The translations under genes and the position numbers were made by a program. Shown piece by piece: positions 36,872 through 47,276 of a DNA stretch of 64,000 nt. Under the pieces are notes generated by a model. It did no database searches, was not told the origin of the DNA, and saw only the letters and a program-made list of their open reading frames with translations. The stretch's first letter is position 1, and each line of letters opens with the position of its first letter. Origin of the DNA: an uncultured Gemmatimonadaceae bacterium (lineage in GTDB: Bacteria; Gemmatimonadota; Gemmatimonadetes; Gemmatimonadales; Gemmatimonadaceae); NCBI GenBank assembly GCA_963716745.1, contig OY970320.1, forward strand, positions 288,001 to 352,000, in the 5' to 3' direction.

Positions 36872-38200
36872 TCAGTCGCGCTCCGGCGCCGGCGGGGAGA
36901 TGGGAGACGGCACGCTCATCGCGCGCAGCGCGGCGAGTTGGCGCATCGAGATACGCGAATACGCCGGACTCACGATGCGCCCGCGGTCGAGAATGAAGAA
37001 CACGCCGATGGCCATCAGCACGTTGAGCACGCCCATGATGCCCCAGAACGGCGAGATGCCGAGCTGATACAGGACGCCGCTCGATGGAACCGCGCGGTTG
37101 ATCTCGAGGGCGTCGAGCGCGAGGATGGTCGTCGCGGTGATCGTGATGTAGCCGAGCGCGAGCGGCAGCAGGAAGCGCCACCCGAGCGACATGAGTTGAT
37201 CGTAGCGGAAGCGCGGCAGCGTCCAGCGCACCCACATGAAGGAGAAGAGGAAGAACACCATCTTGGCCGCGAAGAACGCCATGGTCGCGAGGCTTTTGAG
37301 CACGGTCCACGGCGGCACGTTGTCCCACTGCGTGCCGGGGATGTCCCACCCGCCCCAGAACAGCGTGACCATGAGCGCGCACACGGTCACCATGTTCGAA
37401 TACTCGGCGATGAAGAACATCGAGAACTTCATGGCGCTGTACTCGGTGTGATAACCCGCGATCAACTCCGATTCCGCCTCGGGGAGATCGAAGGGCAGCC
37501 GGTTCGTCTCGGCGAAGCCCGCCACGAGGAAGATGAACATCCCGATGAGCAGCGGGAAGCAATTCCAGCCCATCGTCTGCTGTTGGTGCACGACCGCGCC
37601 CAGCGACACGTTGCCCGACAGCAGCAGCACCGTCACGAGCGACATGCCCATGGCGATCTCGTAGCTCACCATTTGCGCGCTCGAGCGGAGGCCACCCAGC
37701 AGCGCGTACTTGTTGTTCGAGCTCCACCCCGCGAGCACCACGCCGTACACGCCGATCGATGAGACCGCGATGATGAACAGGAACCCGATCGGCACATCGG
37801 CGATCACGAGCGGCACGTAGCCCCACCGCGTCGGCCACGGTGCGCCAAAGGGGATCACGGAGAACGTCATGAGCGCCGGGATGAACGAGAGCAGCGGCGC
37901 GAGGATGAACAGCGCCATGTTCGCGCCGTCGGGATACGTCTCCTCTTTCATGATGTTCTTGAGCCCGTCGGCCGCCGGCTGCAGCAGGCCGCTCGGGCCC
38001 ACGCGATTCGGGCCGTAACGGTCCTGGATCCACGCCGAGATCTTGCGCTCGGCGAGCGTGAGCATCGCAACGCCCACCATCAGGATCGTGAACACAATGA
38101 GCATCTTCACGATCGAAGCCACGAGCCAAGGCACGCCGGTCACCACGGCGTTCGAGTCCCAGTATTGCTGCATCGCGAGCACCGCGAAGGTTCCGGTCAT
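36872..38200 (-). CDS. nuoH: NADH-quinone oxidoreductase subunit H
   Basis: ERKISAWIQDRYGPNRVG, ETNRLPFDLPEAESEL, RWTLPRFRYDQ. Confidence 0.95.
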   Translation of the reverse strand: MTGTFAVLAMQQYWDSNAVVTGVPWLVASIVKMLIVFTILMVGVAMLTLAERKISAWIQDRYGPNRVGPSGLLQPAADGLKNIMKEETYPDGANMALFILAPLLSFIPALMTFSVIPFGAPWPTRWGYVPLVIADVPIGFLFIIAVSSIGVYGVVLAGWSSNNKYALLGGLRSSAQMVSYEIAMGMSLVTVLLLSGNVSLGAVVHQQQTMGWNCFPLLIGMFIFLVAGFAETNRLPFDLPEAESELIAGYHTEYSAMKFSMFFIAEYSNMVTVCALMVTLFWGGWDIPGTQWDNVPPWTVLKSLATMAFFAAKMVFFLFSFMWVRWTLPRFRYDQLMSLGWRFLLPLALGYITITATTILALDALEINRAVPSSGVLYQLGISPFWGIMGVLNVLMAIGVFFILDRGRIVSPAYSRISMRQLAALRAMSVPSPISPPAPERD

Positions 38201-39774
38201 CGCGCCGCACCCGCCGGAGCCGCCGCGCCGTTCACCGTCTTGCCCGAGAGCGCGAGACCGCCGTAGCTCATCCCCGAGAATTCCGAGCGCGCCGCGGCAA
38301 GGGCCGCGAAGGCGTCGCTCGCAGTGAAGTAGTTCGCGCTCTCGCCCAGATACGCGAGCAGATCGGCCATCGCCCACCACACGGGACGCGCCATGCCCGG
38401 CGCGGCCTTCGCCTGCTGATAGCGCTGCACGCGGCCGCGGAGATTCACGAAGGTCCCGTCCTCCTCTGCCATGTTCGTGGCCGGCAGCGCGATGATCGCG
38501 CTCCGCATCGCCTCAGTGAGGTGCGTACCGATCACGATCACCGTGCCGGCGCGCGCCATGGCGGCGCTGTCGGCGTCGCTCAGTTCGTGACCGGCCACGA
38601 GGAGCACGTCGCCCTGCTGGATCCCATCGAACGGCCGCTCAGAGCGCGTGAAGCCGAACATCTCCGCCGCGCGCGCGTTGGCCGCCCGCTCGGCGCGCAG
38701 CGCGAGATCCTTCACGCCGGGCAGCGGTGCTTCCGGGCCCTGCTGCACTCGGAACGTGCCGCGCCCGCCCGTCTTCTTCACGAGACGAGAGATCATCCAG
38801 AGCGACTCGGTGGAGAGCTTCGGATCCACGACGGCATGCACGCGCTTACCGTTCAGATGCATGGCGGCCGCACGCAGCGCGGTCTCCCAATCGGCCGCCG
38901 TGAGACGGTCGCCATGATGCTTCACGAGCGGCGCTTCCAGCCGGTCGGTGCGATTGTAACCGTGATAGTCGAACCGCCCGGTGTCGCAGATGAAGAACTG
39001 GTTCACCTCGGCGTTCTGCCGCGGCTTGATGCGCACCACCATGTTGTCGCGCGTCTCGAGCGTGGTGTTGCAGCCCTGCGAGCAGCCCGGGCAGATGCTC
39101 GGCGCGCGATCCAGCTCCCACGCGCGCGCCTTGTTCAGGAAGTCCTTCGAGACGAGCGCGCCAACCGGGCACAGATCGATCACGTTGGCGGCCCACGGAT
39201 TCGTGAGATCGCGCCCCTCGAACTTGCCGATCACCGCACGGTCGCCGCGCTCGCTCACGTTCAGCACATTGTCGTGCGCCACATCGTCCATGAAGCGCAC
39301 GCACCGCGTGCACAGGATGCACCGGTTGGTGACGTACATGACGTCGCCGCCGAAATCCTCCGCCGGAGTGAAGCGCTTCGGTTCCGGCCCCAACCGCCCT
39401 TCGGCGCGCCCTTCGCGGAACACATAGTCCTGCAGCTCGCACTCGCCGGCCTGGTCGCAGATCGGGCAGTCGAGCGGATGATTGATCAGCAGGAACTCGA
39501 GCACGCCCTTGCGCGCTTCGAGCGCTGCGGGCGAGTACACGTGCACCACCTGCCCTTCACCCGCGGCCGTCGCACACGCGGGCGCGAGCTTCGGCGCCTT
39601 CTCCACTTCCACCAGACACATGCGGCACACGCCCGCGATCGGCAGCGACGGGTGGTAGCAATAATGCGGGATGAGCACGCCCGCGAACTTCGCGGCCTCG
39701 AGGATCGACGTGCCCGCCGGCACGCTCACCGCGCGCCCTTCGATCGTGAGGTTCACCACGCCCGCGTCCGCCAT
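38197..39774 (-). CDS. nuoG: NADH-quinone oxidoreductase subunit G (short form, ~525 aa)
   Basis: CYH...GVCRMC, HPLDCPICDQAGEC, RCILCTRC, CPVGAL, CPGCSQGC. Confidence 0.93.
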   Translation of the reverse strand: MADAGVVNLTIEGRAVSVPAGTSILEAAKFAGVLIPHYCYHPSLPIAGVCRMCLVEVEKAPKLAPACATAAGEGQVVHVYSPAALEARKGVLEFLLINHPLDCPICDQAGECELQDYVFREGRAEGRLGPEPKRFTPAEDFGGDVMYVTNRCILCTRCVRFMDDVAHDNVLNVSERGDRAVIGKFEGRDLTNPWAANVIDLCPVGALVSKDFLNKARAWELDRAPSICPGCSQGCNTTLETRDNMVVRIKPRQNAEVNQFFICDTGRFDYHGYNRTDRLEAPLVKHHGDRLTAADWETALRAAAMHLNGKRVHAVVDPKLSTESLWMISRLVKKTGGRGTFRVQQGPEAPLPGVKDLALRAERAANARAAEMFGFTRSERPFDGIQQGDVLLVAGHELSDADSAAMARAGTVIVIGTHLTEAMRSAIIALPATNMAEEDGTFVNLRGRVQRYQQAKAAPGMARPVWWAMADLLAYLGESANYFTASDAFAALAAARSEFSGMSYGGLALSGKTVNGAAAPAGAAR

Positions 39775-41084
39775 CAGGCCGCCGCCGCGCTCAGCGGGCA
39801 GGCCTTGCCGCTGATGTGCGCCTCGAACTCGTGCCGGAACTTCTGGATGCCGCTCACGATCGGCGCCGCGCACGAGTCGCTCAGCACGCAGATCGTCTTG
39901 CCCGTCATGCTGTCCGACAGCTCGAGGAGCGTGTCGAGATCCTGCTTCGTGCCGCCGCCGGCCTCGATGCGGTTCAGGATGCGCGTGGTCCACGCCGTCC
40001 CCTCGCGGCACTGGGTGCACTGCGCGCAGCTCTCGTGCGCATAGAAGCGCGCGAGCCGCGCGATCATCTTCACCATGCACACCGAATCGTCGAACACGAT
40101 CACGCCGCCCGAGCCGAGCATCGTGCCTTTGGCGACGAAGCCCTCATAGTCCATGAGCGTCGCCTCGGCCTCTTCCATCGTTTGGATGGGCACGGACGAA
40201 CCTCCCGGGATCACGGCCTTGAAGCGCCGGCCGGGCAGCGGGCCGCCGCACAGGTCGTAGAGGAAATCCTTGAACGGGAAGCCGAGCGTCACTTCGTAAT
40301 TGCCGGGGCGCGCAATGTTGCCGCACACCGAGAAGAGCTTGCTCCCCGTGCTCTTGGGGCTCGAGAGCGACAGCGCCTTGTACCACGCCGCTCCATTCGA
40401 GAGGATGTGCGGCACGGCGCACAGCGTTTCGACGTTGTTGATCGTGGTGGGCATGCCGAACACGCCCGCGACGGCCGGGAATGGCGGCTTGATCCGCGGG
40501 TTGCCGCGCTTGCCCTCCAGCGAATTCATGAGCGCCGTCTCTTCGCCGCAGATGTACGCGCCCGCGCCGCGATGCACGTGCATCTCCAGGCGATGGGCGG
40601 TGCCCATCGCGCGCGCGCCGAGGATGCCGGCGGCGTACGCTTCCTTGATCGCGGCCTCCATCGTCGTCACGCACTCGGTGAATTCGCCGCGAATGTAGAT
40701 GTACGTCGTCTCCGCACCAATGGCGTGCGCCGCGATCGCCGCGCCTTCCACGAGCGCGTGCGGCGTCCAGCGCATCAGTTCGCGGTCCTTGAACGTGCCC
40801 GGCTCGGACTCGTCGGCGTTCACGCAGAGGTAGTGCGGCTTGCCGTCGCCCGGCTTCATGAACGACCACTTCATGCCCGTGGGGAATCCGGCGCCGCCGC
40901 GGCCGCGCAGCCCCGATTCCTTCACGACGTTCACGATGTCGGCGGGCGACATGCCGAGCGCCTGCTCGAGCGCACGGTAGCCGCCGCGCTGCTTCCAGCC
41001 CTCGAGCGTCTTCGCCTGCGGATCGCCGAAGTGCTTCGAGAGCACCGGCGTCTCCTTGGGGTGCGAACGATGCGGATAACCCAT
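39774..41084 (-). CDS. nuoF: NADH-quinone oxidoreductase subunit F
   Basis: GLRGRGGAGFPTG, NADESEPG, GAGAYICGEETAL, HESCAQCTQCREG. Confidence 0.96.
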   Translation of the reverse strand: MGYPHRSHPKETPVLSKHFGDPQAKTLEGWKQRGGYRALEQALGMSPADIVNVVKESGLRGRGGAGFPTGMKWSFMKPGDGKPHYLCVNADESEPGTFKDRELMRWTPHALVEGAAIAAHAIGAETTYIYIRGEFTECVTTMEAAIKEAYAAGILGARAMGTAHRLEMHVHRGAGAYICGEETALMNSLEGKRGNPRIKPPFPAVAGVFGMPTTINNVETLCAVPHILSNGAAWYKALSLSSPKSTGSKLFSVCGNIARPGNYEVTLGFPFKDFLYDLCGGPLPGRRFKAVIPGGSSVPIQTMEEAEATLMDYEGFVAKGTMLGSGGVIVFDDSVCMVKMIARLARFYAHESCAQCTQCREGTAWTTRILNRIEAGGGTKQDLDTLLELSDSMTGKTICVLSDSCAAPIVSGIQKFRHEFEAHISGKACPLSAAAA

Positions 41085-41587
41085 TAGCGATACTGGCTCA
41101 GCAGCTGGGGGACTTTGTCGGGCGTCACGGATTCGACGAACTCATCGTTCACCATCACCGGCGTCGCGAAGCCGCACGCGCCGAGACATTCCACTTCGAT
41201 CACGGTGAAGCGCCCGTCGGGCGACGTCGCGCCAAGCTCACCGCAGCCCGTGTGCTTGAGCATCGCCTCCACCACCTTCTCGGCGCCGCACGCGCCGCAC
41301 GGCGAGGTGGTGCACACCTGAATGAAATTCTTCCCCACCGGATGCTGGTGGTACATGGTGTAGAACGTGACCACGCCCTTCACGTACGCGGGCGTCAGCT
41401 CGAGCTGCTCGGCCACCTCCACCATCCCATCGTCGCTCACCCAACCGCGTTCGCGCTGAACGATCCAGAGCGCGGGCAGGAGCGCCGCCATCTTGGTGGG
41501 ATAGCGCGCCAGGATGCCGTTCAATTCCTGCTGCGCCGCACCGGTGAAGACTTTCCGGTAGGCCTCGGCGGTCTCGTGAGCGCTCAC
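41084..41587 (-). CDS. nuoE: NADH-quinone oxidoreductase subunit E
   Basis: VVTFYTMY, VCTTSPC, ECLGAC; GTG start. Confidence 0.93.
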   Translation of the reverse strand: MSAHETAEAYRKVFTGAAQQELNGILARYPTKMAALLPALWIVQRERGWVSDDGMVEVAEQLELTPAYVKGVVTFYTMYHQHPVGKNFIQVCTTSPCGACGAEKVVEAMLKHTGCGELGATSPDGRFTVIEVECLGACGFATPVMVNDEFVESVTPDKVPQLLSQYR

Positions 41588-42894
41588 CGGTCGATCTCCC
41601 CCATGACAATGTCGATGCTCGCGTTGATCGCGATGACGTCGGAGAGCAGATGCCCTTCGACCATCTTCGGGATGGCGGAGAGGTTCACGAAGCTCGGCGG
41701 CCGGATGCGCCAGCGCACCGGCTTCGCCGAGCCGTCCGAGACCATGTAGTAGCCCTTCTCCCCCTTCGGGCTCTCGACCGCGACGTACGATTCCCCGATC
41801 GGCGGACGCGGGCCTTCCATGATCTGCTTGAAGTGATGGATCATCGATTCCATGTCGCTCATCGCCTTGCTCTTCGGCGGCAGCACCACGCGATGGTCGG
41901 CGCTGTTCACCGGCCCATCGGGCAGCCGCTCGAGCGCTTGCGCGAGGATGCGCGTGCTCTGGCGCAGCTCCTCGAGGCGCACGAGGAAACGATCGTACAC
42001 ATCGCCCTGCGATCCCACGGGAACGGTGAAGTCGTACGTCTCGTAGTCGAGATACGGGAAGTCCTTGCGCACGTCGTACGCGACGCCGCTCGCGCGGAGC
42101 ATCGGGCCCGAGAGGCCGCAGTTGGTCGCTTCCTCCGCCGACAGCGCGCCGAGTCCGATCGTGCGGCCGATCCAGATCGCGTTGCGCGTGAGCATGCGAT
42201 CCACTTCGTCGATCGTCTTCGGGAACGTCTGCACGAAGTGGCGCAGCTGCTCGGTCCAGCCATCGGGGATATCGGCCGCCATGCCGCCGACACGCGTCGC
42301 GCTCGTCGTGAGCCGCGCGCCCACCCAGCTCTCGAGCATGTTGTAGACGTTCTCGCGCTCCTGGAAGCTCCACAGGAACGGCGTGAACGCGCCGATATCG
42401 ATGCACGTCGTGCCGAGCCATACGAGATGCGAGATGATCCGCGACAATTCCATCGCGATCACGCGCAGCACAATGCAGCGCGGCGTGATCTCGATCCCGA
42501 ACAGGCGCTCCGCGCCAAGCGAGAACGCGACGTTGTTCCCGATCGAATTGAGATAATCCTCGCGGTCGGTCCACGGCACGATCTGATTGTACTGCCGGTA
42601 CTCGCCGATCTTCTCGAAGCCGCAGTGCAAGTAGCCGACATGCGGGATGCATCGCACCACCGTCTCGCCATCGAGCTCGAGCACCAGTCGGAGCACGCCG
42701 TGCGTCGCCGGGTGCTGCGGCCCGATGTTGATGAGCATATGCTCGCCCGCGAGTTCGGGTTCGAGCGCCGCCGGCGGATCCATCGTGATGACGTTGCCGC
42801 CTTCGTTCATCGTGAGCGGCGCGCGATGCGGCCGCCCCTGCGCATCGAGGCCGGATGTGCCGAGCGCCACCTCGACCGTGCGTTTCGTGGTCAT
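41584..42894 (-). CDS. nuoD: NADH-quinone oxidoreductase subunit D
   Basis: NIGPQHPATHGVLRL, GYLH, ESPKGE, DIVMGEIDR. Confidence 0.96.
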   Translation of the reverse strand: MTTKRTVEVALGTSGLDAQGRPHRAPLTMNEGGNVITMDPPAALEPELAGEHMLINIGPQHPATHGVLRLVLELDGETVVRCIPHVGYLHCGFEKIGEYRQYNQIVPWTDREDYLNSIGNNVAFSLGAERLFGIEITPRCIVLRVIAMELSRIISHLVWLGTTCIDIGAFTPFLWSFQERENVYNMLESWVGARLTTSATRVGGMAADIPDGWTEQLRHFVQTFPKTIDEVDRMLTRNAIWIGRTIGLGALSAEEATNCGLSGPMLRASGVAYDVRKDFPYLDYETYDFTVPVGSQGDVYDRFLVRLEELRQSTRILAQALERLPDGPVNSADHRVVLPPKSKAMSDMESMIHHFKQIMEGPRPPIGESYVAVESPKGEKGYYMVSDGSAKPVRWRIRPPSFVNLSAIPKMVEGHLLSDVIAINASIDIVMGEIDR

Positions 42895-42897
42895 CGG

Positions 42898-43599
42898 CTA
42901 CTCACCGGTCTTCTCACCGCTGCTGAGCCGCTCGCGCATCTCGGCGGGCAGATCCTCGAACGCTTGCGAGATCGACAGCTCTTCCATGGAGTAGCGCGCC
43001 TCCGGATTCGCCGCGAGCGCCTGGCGCAGCTGCTCGGCGCGCGAGAATCGTCCGCGCAGCGGGAAATCCTTGCGCAGCGGGAATCCCTCGCGGTACTGCT
43101 CCCACATCAGGATGCGCCGGAGATCCGGGTGGCCGCTGAAGGTGATGCCGAACATGTCGTAGCACTCGCGCTCGAGCCAATCGGCGCCCTTGTACACGGG
43201 CCACACGCTCTGCACGTCGAGTTTCGCGCCCGGGTCGAGCAGCACTTTGAGCCGCAGGAAACGCCGGAATGGAATCGACCGCAGATGCCACACGACCTCG
43301 AGCGGCTGCTCGGGGTCGCGGAATTCCACCGCCGTCACGTCGGACAGATAGTCGTATCGCTGCGTGGGATCGTCATGCAGCCAGCGGACGATCTCGAGGA
43401 GCCGCGCGCCGTCGACGATCACCGAGGTCTCGCCCCATACGACATCGGTGCGCCGCACCGCCGCGCCGAACTTCTGCTGGAGCGCCGCGGCACTCGGATT
43501 GGCCGCGCCTCCGCGATGCGGAATGTTCTTGGGCGTGACCGGCGCCGCGGCGCCCGGATCGGCGCTGCCGGGGATGACCGTGGCGATCGCGTTGCTCAC
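42898..43599 (-). CDS. nuoC: NADH-quinone oxidoreductase subunit C
   Basis: [31 protein letters not shown]. Confidence 0.95.
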   Translation of the reverse strand: MSNAIATVIPGSADPGAAAPVTPKNIPHRGGAANPSAAALQQKFGAAVRRTDVVWGETSVIVDGARLLEIVRWLHDDPTQRYDYLSDVTAVEFRDPEQPLEVVWHLRSIPFRRFLRLKVLLDPGAKLDVQSVWPVYKGADWLERECYDMFGITFSGHPDLRRILMWEQYREGFPLRKDFPLRGRFSRAEQLRQALAANPEARYSMEELSISQAFEDLPAEMRERLSSGEKTGE

Positions 43600-44222
43600 G
43601 TGGCCGAACGCGTCTGGTTCACGGAGTTGCCGAACGGCTCCGAGAGTTCATCGATGGCTTCCGGCGCCATGTAGAGGCCGCTCACCGGATCGGCCTCCAT
43701 CTCGTTCCGGATCGCGACGTTCGACATCCGCTCCCGCTTCACCTTCTCCTGCAGCATCATGATGCCGTAGATCAACCCTTCCGGGCGCGGCGGGCAGCCG
43801 GGCACATAGACATCCACCGGAATGATCGTGTCGATCCCCTGCACCACGGCGTAGTTGTCGAACATGCCGCCCGTACTCGCGCATGCGCCCATTGAGATGC
43901 ACCACTTCGGCTGCGGCATCTGGAGCCAGATGCGCCGGATCACCGGCGCCAACTTGAACGGCACGCGTCCCGCGCAGATGAGCAGATCGGCCTGCCGCGG
44001 CGAGAAGCTCATGCGCTCCATGCCGAAGCGCGCGAGGTCGAAGCGGCTGGCGGCCGTGGCCATGAACTCGATCGCGCAGCACGCAGTACCGAAGGGCATC
44101 GGCCAGAGTGAGTTCGCGCGCGACCAATTCACCAGGAAGTCGAGGCGCGTGGCGATCCAGCTCTCGCTCTGCTCCGGATCGTAGGTCGTGACGGACGTCG
44201 CCGGCTTGACGGTCAATCCCAT
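43596..44222 (-). CDS. nuoB: NADH-quinone oxidoreductase subunit B
   Basis: [35 protein letters not shown]. Confidence 0.96.
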   Translation of the reverse strand: MGLTVKPATSVTTYDPEQSESWIATRLDFLVNWSRANSLWPMPFGTACCAIEFMATAASRFDLARFGMERMSFSPRQADLLICAGRVPFKLAPVIRRIWLQMPQPKWCISMGACASTGGMFDNYAVVQGIDTIIPVDVYVPGCPPRPEGLIYGIMMLQEKVKRERMSNVAIRNEMEADPVSGLYMAPEAIDELSEPFGNSVNQTRSAT

Positions 44223-44617
44223 TGGAGCGCCCCCTTCTTCCAAACGTAAATGAGGCCGACGAGGAGGATGAGGATGAACACGAGCATCTCGGCGAGTCCG
44301 AAGAACGACAGCTGCCCCGACGGGCATGCGCCGGCGGCGAGCGGCACGGCGCACGAGAGCGCGCGATAGTACGCGGCCCACGGCAGCATGAACACCGTCT
44401 CGATGTCGAAGACAATGAACAGCATGGCCACCATGTAGAACTTCACGGAGAAGCGCTCGCGGGCGTCGCTGAGCGTGGGGATCCCGGACTCGTACGCTTC
44501 CTGCTTGGCGGGCGTGGGCCGCGCGCGGATCACCAATGCGGACAACGCCAGCATCATCACCCCGTTGAGGGCGACGAATCCGAACAACATCAGAATCGGG
44601 AAGTAGTCGCTGACCAT
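44213..44617 (-). CDS. nuoA: NADH-quinone oxidoreductase subunit A
   Basis: [30 protein letters not shown]. Confidence 0.95.
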   Translation of the reverse strand: MVSDYFPILMLFGFVALNGVMMLALSALVIRARPTPAKQEAYESGIPTLSDARERFSVKFYMVAMLFIVFDIETVFMLPWAAYYRALSCAVPLAAGACPSGQLSFFGLAEMLVFILILLVGLIYVWKKGALQWD

Positions 44618-44660
44618 CCGGCTCCGGCGCTGGTGACGATTTCCCTTACTCCGCGCGCGA

Positions 44661-44690
44661 AAGGTATCGCGGCGGCGGCAGCAGTGTCAA
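44661..44690 (-). promoter_or_regulatory. Putative sigma-70-type promoter of the nuo operon
   Basis: Consensus -35 TTGACA-18 bp-TACCTT upstream of nuoA. Confidence 0.55.
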
Positions 44691-44717
44691 CGCACGCATT
44701 TCCTCGTGTCCGGCGCT

Positions 44718-44746
44718 TTGCCTAGCTCTGCGCCGCGCGGTAGATT
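44718..44746 (+). promoter_or_regulatory. Putative sigma-70-type promoter of dcd, divergent from the nuo promoter
   Basis: TTGCCT-17 bp-TAGATT. Confidence 0.5.
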
Positions 44747-44801
44747 CCCGCCCGCGGCGCCGCGACTCCGCCGGCGCGCCACTCCCTCTTGCCCGCCCCC
44801 G

Positions 44802-45356
44802 ATGTCCATCAAGTCAGACCGCTGGATCCGCGAACAGGCGACGAAGCATGGCATGATCGAACCCTTCGCCGACCGTCAGGTGCGCGACGGGGTGATCTCC
44901 TACGGCGTGAGCTCGTACGGCTACGACATGCGCGTCGCGCGCGAGTTCAAGATCTTCACCAACGTGCTGAGTTCGGTGGTGGACCCCAAGCACTTCGATC
45001 CCAAGTCGTTCGTGGAGTTCGAGGGCGACGTGTGCATCGTGCCGCCGAACAGTTTCGCGCTGGCGCGCTCGGTGGAATTCTTCCGCATCCCGCGCAACGT
45101 GCTCACCGTGACCGTGGGCAAGTCGACGTACGCCCGCTGCGGGATCATCACGAACGTCACGCCCTTCGAACCGGAATGGGAAGGATTCGTGACGCTCGAG
45201 ATATCGAATACAACACCACTGCCGGCCAAGATCTATGCCAACGAAGGCATCGCCCAGGTGCTCTTCTTCGAGGGCGACGAGCCGCCGGAGATCTCGTACA
45301 AGGACAAGAAAGGCAAGTACCAGGGCCAGCATGGCGTGACCCTGCCCCGGCTTTAG
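44802..45356 (+). CDS. dcd: dCTP deaminase
   Basis: [51 protein letters not shown]. Confidence 0.96.
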   Translation: MSIKSDRWIREQATKHGMIEPFADRQVRDGVISYGVSSYGYDMRVAREFKIFTNVLSSVVDPKHFDPKSFVEFEGDVCIVPPNSFALARSVEFFRIPRNVLTVTVGKSTYARCGIITNVTPFEPEWEGFVTLEISNTTPLPAKIYANEGIAQVLFFEGDEPPEISYKDKKGKYQGQHGVTLPRL

Positions 45357-45387
45357 GAGTCGAACCCCAACACTCGACACTGAGATC

Positions 45388-46414
45388 ATGATGAGAACAT
45401 CGCTAGCACTCCTGGCCGCGGGAGCGATCCTGATGGCCTGCAGCAGCAATGACGCCACCGGCCCCGATCCGCGGAATTGCACCGCCGGCACGATCGGCGA
45501 CAACGACACCAAGACGGGTCACCTCGGCAAGGAATCGTGCCACGTCTACGATTGGGAGTATCTAGCGGACAGCACCTACTCTGTCTCGTACGATGTGAGA
45601 CTCGAGCAGGGCAAGGGCTACATGTTCAATTTGCAGCGCGACACCGTCACCAAGGATTGGGACGCGGTGCTCGAGCTCGTTGGGAAGGATGCAAACACCG
45701 GCGACGAGCAGTTGCTGCAGCTGAGCGATGACGAAGGGCCAATGAAGTTCTCTCAAATGCACTTCATCGCCGCGGAGAGCGGCACGTATTCGTTGCGCGT
45801 GATGGGATACGACACGACGGAGACCGCGAACTACGTGCTGCAATCGCGCCGCTGCGATCCGCCGCGTGGACCGATCACGGACACGCTGCCGGCGACCGAG
45901 TTCTCGCTCGCGCTCGGGCAGTGCGTGCTGGAGGAGCCGAACTTCGCCGAGGACAGCACGTACTACCAGAATGTTCTCCGTCGTGATCGGCCCGAACCAG
46001 ACGAAGACGATCATCGCTTCATCCGACGCGTTCAATCCGGGCTTCCAGATCTACGGGCCGGGTTGGGGGCTCGACTGCGGCTACGGCTACCAGGGTTGCG
46101 GTGGCGACGTAGAGTTCAACGACCCGGAGGAAGGGTCGAGCACCGTCGCGACCACACTCACCGCCGACGGGAAGAATTGTTGCAGCGAGGTCCGCCTCAA
46201 CTACCCCGGCACGTACACTATGACCGTGGGCGGCAGCGCGTTCGGCGATAACGGGCTCTACAGCGTGGAAGTCGATAACGGTGCGACAATCCCGAGCGAT
46301 GTGATGCCGAGTCTCAAACCGTTCGCCCAGACGATCAGTCCGAGCCTGCGGTTCCTGACCAAGAAGCCCGCGCGCAAACGGCCGAGTCTGAATCGCGTGG
46401 CCAAGCAGCACTAG
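45388..46414 (+). CDS. Cys-rich lipoprotein with two PPC-like beta-sandwich repeats (one-base insertion near 45970)
   Basis: Lipobox ILMA-C18; paired DSTY...GTY segments; ORFs 45388..46251 and 45866..46414 join at TACCAG(A)ATG to give ~341 aa. Confidence 0.6.
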
Positions 46415-46442
46415 ACCTCGCTGCACGTTGTACGATGCACAG

Positions 46443-46474
46443 CGGGGTGCGGCCGACGTGGCCGCACCCCGTTT
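46443..46474. terminator. GC-rich hairpin between the convergent lipoprotein and sdhB genes
   Basis: Perfect 12-bp stem cggggtgcggcc/ggccgcaccccg with a 5-nt loop, followed by ttt. Confidence 0.65.
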
Positions 46475-46498
46475 CGCATCCGCCGCGTGACAACGCGT

Positions 46499-47276
46499 TC
46501 ACCCCGCTCCACCCGCCGCGCGACTCCGTGCCGCCCCCGCGCACCTGCGCCACGAGATAGTCGCGGTTCATGCGCGTGATCACGTCGATCGAGATCTCCT
46601 TCGGACACGCCGCCTGGCACTCGCCATGCAGCGTGCAGCCGCCGAAGCCCTCGAGATCCATCTGCGCGACCATCGCGGTCACCCGGCGGTAACGCTCGGG
46701 CTGTCCCTGCGGCAGCACCGCCAGATGCGTGATCTTCGCCGCCGTGAACAGCGACGCCGACCCGTTCGGGCACGCCGCCACGCACGCTCCGCAGCCGATG
46801 CACGCCGCGGCATCCATCGCGGTGTCCGCCGCGACCTTCGGCACGAGGATCGCGTTCGCGTCCTGCGCGCCGCCGGTGCTCGCCGAGATGAACCCACCCG
46901 CGCCGATGATCCGGTCGAAGGCGCTCCGGTCCACGCAGAGATCCTTGATCACCGGGAACGCCTTGGCGCGCCACGGTTCCACCCAGATCTCATCACCATC
47001 GTGATAGTGCCGCATGTGCAGCTGGCACGTCGCCGTGCCGTGCTGCGGCCCGTGCGCTTCGCCATCGATCATCATCGAGCAGGATCCGCAGATCCCTTCG
47101 CGGCAGTCATGATCGAACGCGATGGGCACGTCACCCGCGTGTATGAGCGCCTCATTCACGACGTCGATCATCTCGAGGAAGGACGAATCGGGGCTGATGT
47201 CGCGCGCCTCGTAGCGCACGAACCGCCCCGCATCATCCAGGCCAAGCTGCCGCCAGACATGCAGCGTGAGGTTCAT
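46499..47276 (-). CDS. sdhB: Succinate dehydrogenase/fumarate reductase Fe-S subunit (true stop probably 46499, assuming an extra G near 46513)
   Basis: [35 protein letters not shown]; the read-through tail to 46335 would overlap the terminator and the opposite gene. Confidence 0.92.

Noticed and set aside
46335..46498. C-terminal extension of SdhB
   Set aside because: It crosses a terminator hairpin and the convergent gene. Removing one G gives a short ...GGAG-stop ending at 46499.
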